A stretch of DNA of 27,476 bases from a virus. Lineage: Duplodnaviria > Heunggongvirae > Uroviricota > Caudoviricetes. A model generated the notes under the pieces. It worked only from the letters and a program-made list of their open reading frames with translations, did no database searches and had not been told where the DNA came from. Shown here in pieces: positions 1-9,106 of this stretch. The DNA is taken from IMG/VR virus record IMGVR_UViG_3300028962_000002, one strand, 5' to 3'. Every line of letters begins with the position of its first letter. The first letter of the stretch is position 1. The position numbers and the translations under genes are program-made.

Positions 1-1062
1 CGCCCGCGCTTCATCGTTAACAAAATAATCATCCTTGCGCAGATTCCAGATGTCGTCTGCTTTCTTAAACGCAGCCTCTGCCTTAATCAGCATCTCCTGC
101 GCGGTATCAGGACGACCAATATCCAGCACCGCATCCCACATGGATTTGAATGCCCGCGCTGTCCTGTCTGCCCAGGTCTCCAGCGTGCCCATGTTCTCTT
201 TCAGGCGGCGGGTCTGGTCATCAAACCCTTTCGTTGCGGCCTCGTTCGCCGCCTGCAATGCCCCGGTTTCATCGCCGGAACGCTGCAACTGAGCAACATA
301 CGCAATCTGCTCCGCCGTCACGTTATGGAACTGCTTCGCCATCGCAATCAGCCCCGACGTCGGGTCAGTGGTCAGTTTTCCGAAAGCCTCTGCAACCTTG
401 TCCACCTCCACACCGGATGCAGAAGCAAAACGCGCGACACTCTGGTTGATGGCATCAAACTGTTCACCACCACGCACACCGGCATTCACCATGGCTGCCA
501 GTGACTCACTCGCCTGGTTAAACGTCAGCCCTGCGGCCTGTCCGGCTCTGGAGAGCGTCAGCATGCGATCGGCAGTCAGTCCGGACTGATTACCGGAAAG
601 AACCAGGGTTTTATTAAACGCTGAAAGCGTGGAATCTCCCTGGTACCAGGCGTACACCAGCGCACCTGTCGCCACCGCCAGCGAGGTGACCCCGACCATC
701 GGCAGGGTGATCGCACCGGCAAGCCCCCTGAACATGGGGATCATCCCGCCGAAGGAGTCCTTCACCTGACCGCCCTGTTGCAGCAGGATCAGCCAGGGAT
801 TCTGACCACCGGCAAGCTGCGTGGCGATATCCGTAAACTGTGCGGGCAGGGTTCGCATGGCCGCTTTATACTGCCCGACGGAAATCCCTGCTTTTTGTGC
901 AGCCAGCGCCTGGTGGCTCAGCCCCTGCTCAACGACAGTTGCGGTTTTTCTGGCGTCAGTATCCAGACCTGAAAAATGACGCCTTACCCGGCTCATCTGC
1001 TCATCGAAACGGACCGCATCCAGACTCAGGTCAATAACAAGATCACCAACCGGCTGGGACAT
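1..1062 (-). CDS. H: Tail tape measure protein gpH, N-terminal part (gene runs off the window start)
   Basis: Minus-strand frame open to the window edge; ATG at 1060-1062 preceded by GGAGG; translated N-terminus MSQPVGDLVIDLSLDAVRFDEQM...GISVGQYKAAMRTLPAQFTDIATQLAGG closely matches lambda gpH; positioned after G/T as in lambda. Confidence 0.85.
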   Translation of the reverse strand, partial: MSQPVGDLVIDLSLDAVRFDEQMSRVRRHFSGLDTDARKTATVVEQGLSHQALAAQKAGISVGQYKAAMRTLPAQFTDIATQLAGGQNPWLILLQQGGQVKDSFGGMIPMFRGLAGAITLPMVGVTSLAVATGALVYAWYQGDSTLSAFNKTLVLSGNQSGLTADRMLTLSRAGQAAGLTFNQASESLAAMVNAGVRGGEQFDAINQSVARFASASGVEVDKVAEAFGKLTTDPTSGLIAMAKQFHNVTAEQIAYVAQLQRSGDETGALQAANEAATKGFDDQTRRLKENMGTLETWADRTARAFKSMWDAVLDIGRPDTAQEMLIKAEAAFKKADDIWNLRKDDYFVNDEARA

Positions 1063-1507
1063 ATCTCACACCTCCCGGAATCCCCGCTGAAGCCATCATT
1101 AATGCGGCATCATCCACCATGACATCCGCCACATCCGCAGACGATAAAATATCGCCCCCTCCGTCCCCACCGAACCGGACGCCTCCGGCAAGTCCTGCCG
1201 CTTTCTGCATCAGCATTTTGTCCTCATCCGGCCTCTCCACCTGCTCTTCCTCATGCCGGGGGACAAGCAGACTGAAATCAGAGGGATGCATATCCGGATC
1301 GCAAAAAAACAGGCTGAGTACAGCGTACGTCAGCCCGGAAAAATGCATATCCAGCTGGGTATCCTGAAAATAATGCGTGCGGTAAAAACGGTGCCAGTCG
1401 GCATATTCGGTGGATGTCATCCCGGCAAGCATGGCGCGCCAGTCGGGTCTCCCCATCTCACGCGCCAGTCTGAGGGCAAAGTTCAGCTCACCGTCGAAGA
1501 CTTTCCC
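1043..1507 (-). CDS. T: T segment of tail assembly chaperone gpG-T, expressed only as a -1 frameshift fusion with G
   Basis: The -1 frame from the slippery site reads GKVFDGELNFALRLAREMGRPDWRAMLAGMTSTEYADWHRFY..., matching lambda gpT; no independent start or RBS. Confidence 0.8.
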   Translation of the reverse strand, partial: GKVFDGELNFALRLAREMGRPDWRAMLAGMTSTEYADWHRFYRTHYFQDTQLDMHFSGLTYAVLSLFFCDPDMHPSDFSLLVPRHEEEQVERPDEDKMLMQKAAGLAGGVRFGGDGGGDILSSADVADVMVDDAALMMASAGIPGGVRYVPAGW

Positions 1508-1914
1508 GCAGAAAAATCATCATCAGTCAGCGTGTTATTTTTCGCCACTTCAGTAATATCAGTATCCGGACGAACAGCTTCGATCATCCCGGACAGACGC
1601 AACACCACGTCTTCCGCCCGGGCAATGGCATCAGCAGGCCAGGTGGTGAGCACTTCCTGCTCTATCTTCATCACGGCCTCATTCATTGACGGTGACTGCG
1701 TTTTCTGTGGATGGTTATGCCACAGGGACATCGCCACCAGAAACGCGCCGGTTCTGACAAGATCTTCCACACTCACCTGCAGGTTGCCGCTGGCTTCAGC
1801 CTCTTCTGCCCGCCGTTTCAGGAGGGCAAGATGCTCAATACGCTGCAGCGCAGACAGCTCAGAAAGCGTGACGGATACACCGTTATATTCAAATTGTTCT
1901 GTTTTCAGGAACAT
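1483..1914 (-). CDS. G: Tail assembly chaperone gpG
   Basis: 143-aa ORF MFLKTEQFEYNGVSVTLSELSALQRIEHLALLKRRAEEAE..., near-identical at the N-terminus to lambda gpG; between V and T. Confidence 0.92.
   Translation of the reverse strand: MFLKTEQFEYNGVSVTLSELSALQRIEHLALLKRRAEEAEASGNLQVSVEDLVRTGAFLVAMSLWHNHPQKTQSPSMNEAVMKIEQEVLTTWPADAIARAEDVVLRLSGMIEAVRPDTDITEVAKNNTLTDDDFSAGKSSTVS
1501..1507 (-). other. Programmed -1 ribosomal frameshift slippery heptamer G GGA AAG near the 3' end of G
   Basis: Minus-strand GGGAAAG lies in the G zero frame as GCG GGA AAG; the same heptamer and position are used for lambda G/GT. Confidence 0.75.
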
Positions 1915-1932
1915 CGCTTATCTCTCAGCTCT

Positions 1933-2682
1933 TTAGCTACCCGGCACATTATTAACGGTAATTTCAGCCACCGCAGCAAACTGACCATTACCGGAAATCA
2001 CAGGGATGCTGACTTTTCCATCCTTAACCCCCGTCACAGTAATCGTCATATCTTTCACGCTAATGGTGGCTTTTGATGGATCGGCGGAAATCGCCCTGAA
2101 TGTCTTATCCGTTGCATTTTCCGGTTCCACAGTAACGGTCAGGGTGGTTGTTTTCCCTTTTGCCACCGTACCGGATGTCGGCGTCACCTTAATCGCACTG
2201 ACCGGCGTAATTTTGCTGCGTTCTTCCGCTACAGAAGGTTTACCCACGTTAGTGACTTTCACCGTGCGGGTGATCACTTCTTTCGCCGTCACGGCCTTAC
2301 CGATACTGCTGACCCAGCCACGAAACACATCCACCGTGCCATTCGGAAAACGGATTTTATAGGCCCGGACATCGCCGCTTTCAAACCAGCCTATAAGCCC
2401 TTTCTGACCTTCCTCTCCCGGTTTCCAGGCCAGCGTAAAACTGGTATCACCTGCAGATTTCTGCCCCTGCCCGGTCGCGGTCCAGTCTGCGTCTTCATCA
2501 TCCAGGTAGTTATCATCGTAGGATTCTGCCGTCATCTCGCCCGGCGTCAGATCCTTCACCTTAGCCAGTCGCTGCCAGTCAGCGTCTGACAACGGGTTTG
2601 CATAAGCATCACCCTTGCCGTTGTAAACCCACAGAGTGGTACCGGCACCTTTTACCGGCTCCAGGGGATTTGGTGTTGCCAT
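1933..2682 (-). CDS. V: Major tail protein gpV (C-terminal Ig-like domain)
   Basis: 249 aa; [36 protein letters not shown]... aligns along its length with lambda gpV. Confidence 0.95.
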   Translation of the reverse strand: MATPNPLEPVKGAGTTLWVYNGKGDAYANPLSDADWQRLAKVKDLTPGEMTAESYDDNYLDDEDADWTATGQGQKSAGDTSFTLAWKPGEEGQKGLIGWFESGDVRAYKIRFPNGTVDVFRGWVSSIGKAVTAKEVITRTVKVTNVGKPSVAEERSKITPVSAIKVTPTSGTVAKGKTTTLTVTVEPENATDKTFRAISADPSKATISVKDMTITVTGVKDGKVSIPVISGNGQFAAVAEITVNNVPGS

Positions 2683-2689
2683 ATCGTCC

Positions 2690-3085
2690 TCACATCTCGT
2701 ATGTAATGGAATAAGTCAGATCCGCAGAGCTCCATAACGCCATATCGTCATCACGACGATACTCATAGCCCTGCGTAACCATCGTGGTAATCAGTCCTGC
2801 CAGTGCCGGGATCGCAGTCATCGCCGGATAAATCCGGCTTTCCATCCACTGATCAAGCTCTGAATCCGGTACCTGTGCCGGTAAAAACACCTCAATATGC
2901 AGTGTGGCCCGCCAGGTATCTGCATCCAGCTCTTCACCGGTATACTCTGCATCCGTCAGATAAACCGCGATCGCAGGAAAATCCTCTTCGTCAAAAACAA
3001 CGGGGCGACCATCAAACAGCGTCGCCCCGTGTTCATGCTGCTCGAGTGCATCCAGCACTGCAGCACGGATATCAGTGTGTTTCAT
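2690..3085 (-). CDS. U: Tail terminator protein gpU
   Basis: 131 aa; [33 protein letters not shown]...LTYSITYEM matches lambda gpU; its start overlaps the Z stop. Confidence 0.95.
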   Translation of the reverse strand: MKHTDIRAAVLDALEQHEHGATLFDGRPVVFDEEDFPAIAVYLTDAEYTGEELDADTWRATLHIEVFLPAQVPDSELDQWMESRIYPAMTAIPALAGLITTMVTQGYEYRRDDDMALWSSADLTYSITYEM

Positions 3086-3615
3086 CGTTTTATCGCAATC
3101 CTCAGTTGTTGTTTCAGCGCGGATGCCAGTTCTCCGGGCAGGCGTTCACGCCGGATACGGTCAACATTCTCATCAAACGCCTGTTTCAGTGGGGCCGCCA
3201 TCGGGATTTTCACCACATCAATAGGGTAACGGTTTTTCCCGGCCACACGCTGCATGACATGCCAGCGACCGTTTTTTAATCGCTGAATGAATGCCCGCTG
3301 ATACCGATGCTGACCGGCTTTAAGTATGCTGTTCGGACGACGGCCCAGCATCCTGATCCCCAGCTTAATCACTGGAAGATCACCGCGGTTAACGATAATT
3401 TTTGCGTTCGGATTTCTGACCGTCGCCCGTTTCAGTCTGGACCGTTCCTTAACCAGTTTCCGGCGTACCTTTGTCTCCCGGGCAACCTGTGATGAAGACT
3501 GATTAATCGCCGTTGTGGCCACGCGGTTAATCGTCATTGCTGAAGCCGCCGGAATGGCGTTTTTACGAACCCGGCTCAGATTATCAATCGCCTGATCAAG
3601 CCCTTTTATCGCCAT
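3082..3615 (-). CDS. Z: Tail completion protein gpZ
   Basis: 177 aa; MAIKGLDQAIDNLSRV...FIQRLKNGRWHVMQRVAGKNRYPIDVVKIPMA matches lambda gpZ. Confidence 0.9.
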   Translation of the reverse strand: MAIKGLDQAIDNLSRVRKNAIPAASAMTINRVATTAINQSSSQVARETKVRRKLVKERSRLKRATVRNPNAKIIVNRGDLPVIKLGIRMLGRRPNSILKAGQHRYQRAFIQRLKNGRWHVMQRVAGKNRYPIDVVKIPMAAPLKQAFDENVDRIRRERLPGELASALKQQLRIAIKR

Positions 3616-3630
3616 AATTTCCCCCTGCGT

Positions 3631-3981
3631 TTATCGTCGCCGGTTAACAGCGGGTGGTTGCCCACGGTTGAGCCAGAGATAACAGCTTCCCCCGTCATCC
3701 GGAGAAACACGATCCACCCAGAACATCTCGCCGTTAATGGTCAGCGTGTCACCACGCCGCACGGCACGCACCGTATCCGTCCGCACAAATAATGACGGGC
3801 TGCTTCCTTCAATACGGACCCCGCCACCGGCAAAACCCAGCGACTCCGGATCGTCAAAAACCCCCTGAACTTCGCCGCCACGTTGTGCTCCGGAGGTGAA
3901 CTGCGCACGGATCCCCATCACTTCAACAATCGTACTGTCCACCCCGGCAAGGGCGGCATCAAAGGCATTCTGAAAATCACG
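3631..3981 (-). CDS. FII: Head-tail joining protein gpFII
   Basis: Internal start MRDFQNAFDAALAG... aligns with the lambda FII N-terminus (MADFDNLFDAAIAR...); C-terminus ...WVDRVSPDDGGSCYLWLNRGQPPAVNRRR matches; ATG overlaps the FI stop (ATGCGTGA). Confidence 0.9.
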   Translation of the reverse strand, partial: RDFQNAFDAALAGVDSTIVEVMGIRAQFTSGAQRGGEVQGVFDDPESLGFAGGGVRIEGSSPSLFVRTDTVRAVRRGDTLTINGEMFWVDRVSPDDGGSCYLWLNRGQPPAVNRRR

Positions 3982-4351
3982 CATAAACAGCCATTCCACC
4001 ATCAACGTGTGTTTTTGCATCTGAGGACATAATCAGAATCACCCGACCAACATCCGCAAGCTCAACGGATTCCCCCGTTTCACCATCAACGCCACAGAGA
4101 TGGAGGCAGGTCAGAACTCTGATGCGCGTTAACGCGCCGGATGTTTCCTCACGAACATCATGAGCCGCGGTTTCCCGCTCCCGGATATCCATATTCATAA
4201 CCTGTACATCATCGCCGGATGACTGCATTTCCTCTTCCCATTCTGCCACCCGCTGCGCTATCTCTGCGGCACTCCCGGATATATCCGGCTCACGCCCCAG
4301 AATCAGGGCCAGTTCATCAAGCCGTTTCAGATTTTGCTCTTTCGTTGCCAT
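3977..4351 (-). CDS. FI: DNA packaging/head assembly protein gpFI
   Basis: Lies between E and FII as in lambda; start chosen at MATKEQNLKRLDELALILG with an AGGGGG RBS; Glu/Asp-rich middle segment as in lambda FI. Confidence 0.8.
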   Translation of the reverse strand: MATKEQNLKRLDELALILGREPDISGSAAEIAQRVAEWEEEMQSSGDDVQVMNMDIRERETAAHDVREETSGALTRIRVLTCLHLCGVDGETGESVELADVGRVILIMSSDAKTHVDGGMAVYA

Positions 4352-4402
4352 ATCAGCCCCCTGTGAAAAAAGACACGGGGGCATTTCGCCCCCGCTCACG
4401 GA

Positions 4403-5431
4403 TTATTTCACCTGTACCACCACAAACTCATCCGGGTCCGGCAACACCATCAGCGGCGCGGACTGCGTCATGGTAAATTCACGGGCGGGATCCCCTACCG
4501 TCAGCCAGTGTTTCGGATAACGGGAAGAGGCCACCACACCTTCGGACAACGCCTGAGCATCCTGAATGGCACCGTAACAACGGATCCCATCTGCAGCAGT
4601 ATTCCCCAGAACCAGCATGCCATCTGGAAGATAACGTTTTTCGATACCGTCTTCTGCTATATAAGACGTTTTCGCCACCACAATGGCCAGATCGCCGTAA
4701 TACCCCTTGAAGGACACCACTGCGCCCAGATCTTTCACTGCCGTTTCGAGTTGAGAATTTGAACCGCGACGGGTATCCAGTTTTTCGCGGAACAGCTTAA
4801 AACCATTCAGAAGACGCCAGCCGGTACCGTCCATAATGGCAATATTCACAAGACCGCTGGCCTGGTCGCAGTAGAGGTCAATATCATGTGTAGGATCGAA
4901 CGTGTCACGATCCTGTTTTGACCACTCCTTACCACTACCCTGAGTGATGTTATTCTTCGTCGACCTGCCAAAATCGACCTCAATTTTCTCGAACTGGTCT
5001 CCTTCCATGGTGTATTTGCCATACAACACAGCATTTACCGCCTGCATTTCTTCCACCTGGACAATGGCGTGCTCTTCCTGTTTGAGGTTATCGGTAATGA
5101 TACGCAGACGGCGGTAAGCCGGATCATTCAGTTGAGATGGATCTTCACCAGGAAGGCGCTCAACCGCCTGCTGGTAATTAAATTCGTGTTTCGGCTTGAC
5201 GTAGCCCGGACGCAACACGCGGGTTTCACCACCACGATGGCGCAGCACTTTTCCTTCAACGATCGGGGAGACATAGGCCGCCACCGGCGTTTTTCCGGTA
5301 ATTTTGTCCAGCATCACCTCTTCGGTGTGGAAATTCACCGTACGGCGGAAAAACAGCTCCAGAAATAGCGCACGGAATTTAACTTTTTGTTCGGTATAAC
5401 CGAGTAACTGGCGGGTCGTAAACAATCCCAT
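4403..5431 (-). CDS. E: Major capsid protein gpE
   Basis: 342 aa; motifs YVSPIVEGKV, PGYVKPKH, AIVQVEEMQAV, KLDTRRGSNS, GDPAREFTMTQSAPLM are shared with lambda gpE. Confidence 0.97.
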   Translation of the reverse strand: MGLFTTRQLLGYTEQKVKFRALFLELFFRRTVNFHTEEVMLDKITGKTPVAAYVSPIVEGKVLRHRGGETRVLRPGYVKPKHEFNYQQAVERLPGEDPSQLNDPAYRRLRIITDNLKQEEHAIVQVEEMQAVNAVLYGKYTMEGDQFEKIEVDFGRSTKNNITQGSGKEWSKQDRDTFDPTHDIDLYCDQASGLVNIAIMDGTGWRLLNGFKLFREKLDTRRGSNSQLETAVKDLGAVVSFKGYYGDLAIVVAKTSYIAEDGIEKRYLPDGMLVLGNTAADGIRCYGAIQDAQALSEGVVASSRYPKHWLTVGDPAREFTMTQSAPLMVLPDPDEFVVVQVK

Positions 5432-5488
5432 AAATCAGTTCCTTTCATTCAGAAATCAGTCAGGCCACCATGGTGGCCTGATAACGTG

Positions 5489-5836
5489 TTACGGCAGAGC
5501 CGCGTGACTCAGGGCTGTGCCGGCAAAGGCATTTGCCTTTTTGTGTTCATCCACACTTTCAGGCCAGTGGATTGCCTCCGTCGCAAAGGTTCCCGACTTG
5601 TAATACGTCAGCGCTGTCTCTGTGCCTTCAAGCGGCAGTACCAGTATGCCAACCGCACTACCGGCTTTCTGTCCATCCCAGACCACCAGTTTCCCGGTGG
5701 CTTCATCCAGCATCAGGGGCGTCAGAGCCGGTGTTGCGGAAGAAATCCCGCTGCTGCCTGTGGCGGTATGAGCCGGATCATTACCGGCAAAAATACGTAC
5801 TTCCGCACGCTGTTCAGTGATGGTTTTCGTCACCAT
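5489..5836 (-). CDS. D: Head decoration protein gpD
   Basis: 115 aa; ...DPAHTATGSSG...TPLMLDEATGKLVVWDG...YYKSGTF...FAGTA matches lambda gpD. Confidence 0.93.
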   Translation of the reverse strand: MVTKTITEQRAEVRIFAGNDPAHTATGSSGISSATPALTPLMLDEATGKLVVWDGQKAGSAVGILVLPLEGTETALTYYKSGTFATEAIHWPESVDEHKKANAFAGTALSHAALP

Positions 5837-5872
5837 TTTGTTAAAACCTCATATTGATGGTCAGCACTGACT

Positions 5873-6418
5873 TCATGGCATGGCCATGAGCATTTTCACG
5901 TCCGCATCACCGTCTGCTGACGTCTGTGACACGCCACCCCGCACCGCTGCCGGTGAATGATTCGCCATGAAATGTTCAAACAGGGCGGTTGTGGATGCAG
6001 AGACCGGTTCGGCCTTACCTGATCCCGCAGCCAGCACAGCCCGGGCGTTCTCCACGGTCATTCCCGGGCAGGCCGCCAGTTTTTCAGCCTGCGCTTCTGC
6101 CCCTTTTGCCTCATCCAGGGCCATGATCTGATCACGAAGTGAGGGCCCGGCATCCGCCAGTGGTGCAGCCGCCAGTTGTTCACGACCGTTCGCTTCTTCA
6201 CACGCCATAATGCGATCGGCTTCACTCTGCGCGGATGCCACCGGCTGCTGCGGTGCCGCCGCGGCCAGAATCGCCCGGGCCTGTTCAACGCTCATGCCCT
6301 GTTGCCCTGCCAGCATCGTGGCAAGCTGTTCACGTCCTTTCGCTTCCTGGCATGTCAGGATCCCCATCACTCGCTGGTTCTCCTGCACGGCGGCTTCCGT
6401 TGCAGTTAATTGCGGCAT
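5873..6418 (-). CDS. Nu3: Scaffolding protein Nu3-like, in-frame internal start within C
   Basis: Internal ATG at 6416-6418 (M302 of C, MPQLTATEA...) preceded by GAGGAGG; corresponds to the position of the lambda Nu3 start within C. Confidence 0.6.
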   Translation of the reverse strand: MPQLTATEAAVQENQRVMGILTCQEAKGREQLATMLAGQQGMSVEQARAILAAAAPQQPVASAQSEADRIMACEEANGREQLAAAPLADAGPSLRDQIMALDEAKGAEAQAEKLAACPGMTVENARAVLAAGSGKAEPVSASTTALFEHFMANHSPAAVRGGVSQTSADGDADVKMLMAMP

Positions 6419-7321
6419 AGTGCCTCCTCTGACATTACTGTTCAGCGCCGTGGCCATCACACTGATGGCATCCGACGCATTGATTAATTCATCCGCCAGC
6501 CCGGCCTCAATGCCGGACTGACCTTCAAAAACGGCGGCCTCTGTTCCCGTGACCGCATCCACAGACAACCCGGTATACATCGCCACTTTTTCGGCAAACA
6601 TCCGGTGCGCCGCATCAATCCGCTGCTGCATGTCCTGGCGAACCTCTGCCGGCAACGCTTCAAACTGATTGCCATCCACCTTGTGCGCCCCGGCATAAAT
6701 CAGCGTGATATCCACACCGGCCTGCGCCAGATGACCGGCATAGCTGACATGGCTCATCATCACGCCAATGGAGCCGATACGGGATGTCTGGGTAACCAGC
6801 CGTCGGGAGCAGGCCGACGCCAGCAGCATGGCTGCAGAACAGGCAGTGTCATTGCACAGTGCCCAGACCGGCTTCTGCTGACGGAGGCGGTAAATCATGT
6901 CAGCGCAGTCAAACGCGCCGGCGGCCTGCCCGCCCGGACTGTCAATGTCCAGCAGTACGCCCCGCACCTGGCTATCCGCCATTGCCTGCTGAAGACAGGC
7001 GACAATGCCGTCATAGCCTGTCATTCCGGAAAATGGCCGCATACCGCCCAGCCGGTGCACCAGCGTGCCGGTCACCGGCAGTACAGCAATACCGTTCACC
7101 ACCCGGTAAACACGGGCCGGTCGTTTACCTCCGGCCATGTACTCGTCCGTTTCAGCCAGCATTCCGGGAGCATCAAGCTGTACCTGTTGTTGTGGTACCG
7201 AAAGACTTGCTGCCCCTATCTCGCGCCCGAGCGCGCAAAAGAAAACCCGCGCATAGGCGGGCTCCAGAAGCAGCGGTTCATTGAATGCTGCGGCAATAAT
7301 GTGTGAAAGATTACGTCTCAC
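5873..7321 (-). CDS. C: Prohead protease gpC (S49/ClpP-like peptidase) with nested scaffold
   Basis: 482 aa; N-terminus ...AAFNEPLLLEPAYARVFFCAL..., MTGYDGIVA, PVWAL, RIGSIGVMMSH, GLSVD motifs match lambda gpC; start overlaps the portal stop. Confidence 0.95.
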   Translation of the reverse strand: MRRNLSHIIAAAFNEPLLLEPAYARVFFCALGREIGAASLSVPQQQVQLDAPGMLAETDEYMAGGKRPARVYRVVNGIAVLPVTGTLVHRLGGMRPFSGMTGYDGIVACLQQAMADSQVRGVLLDIDSPGGQAAGAFDCADMIYRLRQQKPVWALCNDTACSAAMLLASACSRRLVTQTSRIGSIGVMMSHVSYAGHLAQAGVDITLIYAGAHKVDGNQFEALPAEVRQDMQQRIDAAHRMFAEKVAMYTGLSVDAVTGTEAAVFEGQSGIEAGLADELINASDAISVMATALNSNVRGGTMPQLTATEAAVQENQRVMGILTCQEAKGREQLATMLAGQQGMSVEQARAILAAAAPQQPVASAQSEADRIMACEEANGREQLAAAPLADAGPSLRDQIMALDEAKGAEAQAEKLAACPGMTVENARAVLAAGSGKAEPVSASTTALFEHFMANHSPAAVRGGVSQTSADGDADVKMLMAMP

Positions 7322-8903
7322 GTGGTGTTGTCTCCTCTTCCGGCCTGCGACTCTCCGCTATCTGCTGCTGATACGCCTGCGCTATCCACACCGGACGTGA
7401 GAGTCCGGCTTTTTCCCGCTCTGCAGATTCCCTGACCTGCTGGCGGAAAATGTCCTGATAATCCTCGCCCATCAGCGCCAGCTCTTTCTCATACGTGCTC
7501 AGTCCGGCCTCAATGCGCATCACTGATTCCTGAACCTCCTTGAGCCCGTCAATGGCCATTCTTCCGGCTCCAATCCACTCAGCCCGTGACCAGGCTGATC
7601 GCGCCTGATAAAAATCAAAACGTGCCCGTGGCGGACGAATAATCCCCCGAAGAAGTGCCTCTTCCAGCCAGCAGGAAAACATCTGCGTGGCCAGCCGGGA
7701 CGCAATAAATTTTCGCCGCCCCATAAAATAGCGCCACGACTCATTGGCGGATGCGCGGGCACTTGAATAACTGACCTTCGAGTAATCACGGGACAACTGT
7801 TCGTAGGAAACGCCAAGACCGGCGGCGATATACCGCAGCAGCGCCTGTTCAAGCGCCGAAAATCCATTGTCTGAATCCTGCGCGGTCTGAAGTTTCAGAT
7901 CATCACCGGGGAAAAGGTGCGGAATTTTGACACCGCCCAGCGTCACGCTATTCGTGTCATACCAGGTGGAGAACTTATCCAGAATATTAATAAGCGGATT
8001 ATCCTTCTGCCCCTGCGGCGCACCGGCGATATATTCAAAGGCCTTTTCGGTATCAAGGTCACTTTCAATCGTCGCTGCATACATCGCCTTCACTATGGCC
8101 GACTGAAGCTGTGTTGCCTGCAGGGAATCGAGCATCTTCAGCCGTTCCATAACGCTGTAAAACTGATTAGCCCCACGGGTCTGCCCGTCCTCCACCGGCT
8201 CGAAAATATGCAGCATGGCCGGACGCCCGGTGGGAAGTTCACGCGGGATCCGTTCCCATCGTCCACTCCCGGAGAACGGAAAATCATCCTCACAGATATG
8301 GTACGCAACGGCACGACCATATCGATCGACCTCCACCCCGGCCCGCAGAAAACGGTTCCCGATACCATGTCCTGGCGTGTCCACCCGTTTCGGACTCACG
8401 GCTTTAAAACGCGTACGAAACAGTTGCGTGCTCTCCGGATCCCAGACCGGCTGCACAAAGATTTCGCCGTTAAACGCATGAACGCCCACACCTTCACGAA
8501 TAAATTCTGTAAACGTGCGTTTCCCTTCCACGTCGATCTCGCCAAACACCCCTTCTGCGTATTCTGACCAGGCCGCCTCCACCTCATCGACAAAACTTTT
8601 TGTCGCGGTCTCCCGCATCCCCAACCAGCGCCAGTTCGGGCGGTAGCTGATAAGAAACATATGCCCGACAATGTGATCCTTATGCAGGGCCACCGCATTG
8701 GCCGCTATCCCGTTATTGCGCACCAGATCATCTGCCCGGGCATTCCCCAGACGCAACGCGGGCAGCAGGGCCGCATCGGCACTCTGCGCCGGTGGCAACC
8801 ACTCCGCCATTTGCCCGCCAAATCCTGCGCCGCCCCCGTTGTAGCTGAGGCTCTCCCGAAGCGGAACGCCGTTCACATCAATCAGGACAGGCGTTCGTTT
8901 CAT
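7311..8903 (-). CDS. B: Portal protein gpB
   Basis: 530 aa; ...HIFEPVEDGQTRGANQFYSVMERLKMLDSLQATQLQSAIVKAMYAATIES... and ...RMAIDGLKEVQESVMRIEAGLSTYEKE match lambda gpB. Confidence 0.97.
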   Translation of the reverse strand: MKRTPVLIDVNGVPLRESLSYNGGGAGFGGQMAEWLPPAQSADAALLPALRLGNARADDLVRNNGIAANAVALHKDHIVGHMFLISYRPNWRWLGMRETATKSFVDEVEAAWSEYAEGVFGEIDVEGKRTFTEFIREGVGVHAFNGEIFVQPVWDPESTQLFRTRFKAVSPKRVDTPGHGIGNRFLRAGVEVDRYGRAVAYHICEDDFPFSGSGRWERIPRELPTGRPAMLHIFEPVEDGQTRGANQFYSVMERLKMLDSLQATQLQSAIVKAMYAATIESDLDTEKAFEYIAGAPQGQKDNPLINILDKFSTWYDTNSVTLGGVKIPHLFPGDDLKLQTAQDSDNGFSALEQALLRYIAAGLGVSYEQLSRDYSKVSYSSARASANESWRYFMGRRKFIASRLATQMFSCWLEEALLRGIIRPPRARFDFYQARSAWSRAEWIGAGRMAIDGLKEVQESVMRIEAGLSTYEKELALMGEDYQDIFRQQVRESAEREKAGLSRPVWIAQAYQQQIAESRRPEEETTPRET

Positions 8904-9106
8904 AACCTCACTCCCAGCGGACGACGGCGACGGCGGGTTGTCCCCAGTACCAACTCAGCATCATTGATCGCACGGTTAAGCTCATCCAGAGAGGCCGCCG
9001 TATATTCAATTCTTCGTCCATCTTTCTGGACAGACACCACCCGTTTACCGGTTAATAAATCAAGGCGCGCCTGACGCAGCGCCTGCAGTTCAGCGACTGT
9101 AACCAT
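8900..9106 (-). CDS. W: Head-tail joining protein gpW
   Basis: 68 aa, same length as lambda gpW; ...LTGKRVVSVQKDGRRIEYTAASL...RRRR matches. Confidence 0.93.
   Translation of the reverse strand: MVTVAELQALRQARLDLLTGKRVVSVQKDGRRIEYTAASLDELNRAINDAELVLGTTRRRRRPLGVRL

Noticed and set aside
1253-1936. 227-aa plus-strand ORF
   Set aside because: Antisense to G and T, which match lambda proteins; shadow ORF.
6605-7306. 233-aa plus-strand ORF (and similar ones at 6859-7284, 6210-6521, 6176-6409)
   Set aside because: Lies entirely antisense to the well-supported prohead protease gene C in GC-rich DNA; Arg/Pro/Gly-rich translation typical of shadow ORFs; no RBS.
7917-8567. 216-aa plus-strand ORF
   Set aside because: Antisense to the portal gene B; shadow ORF.
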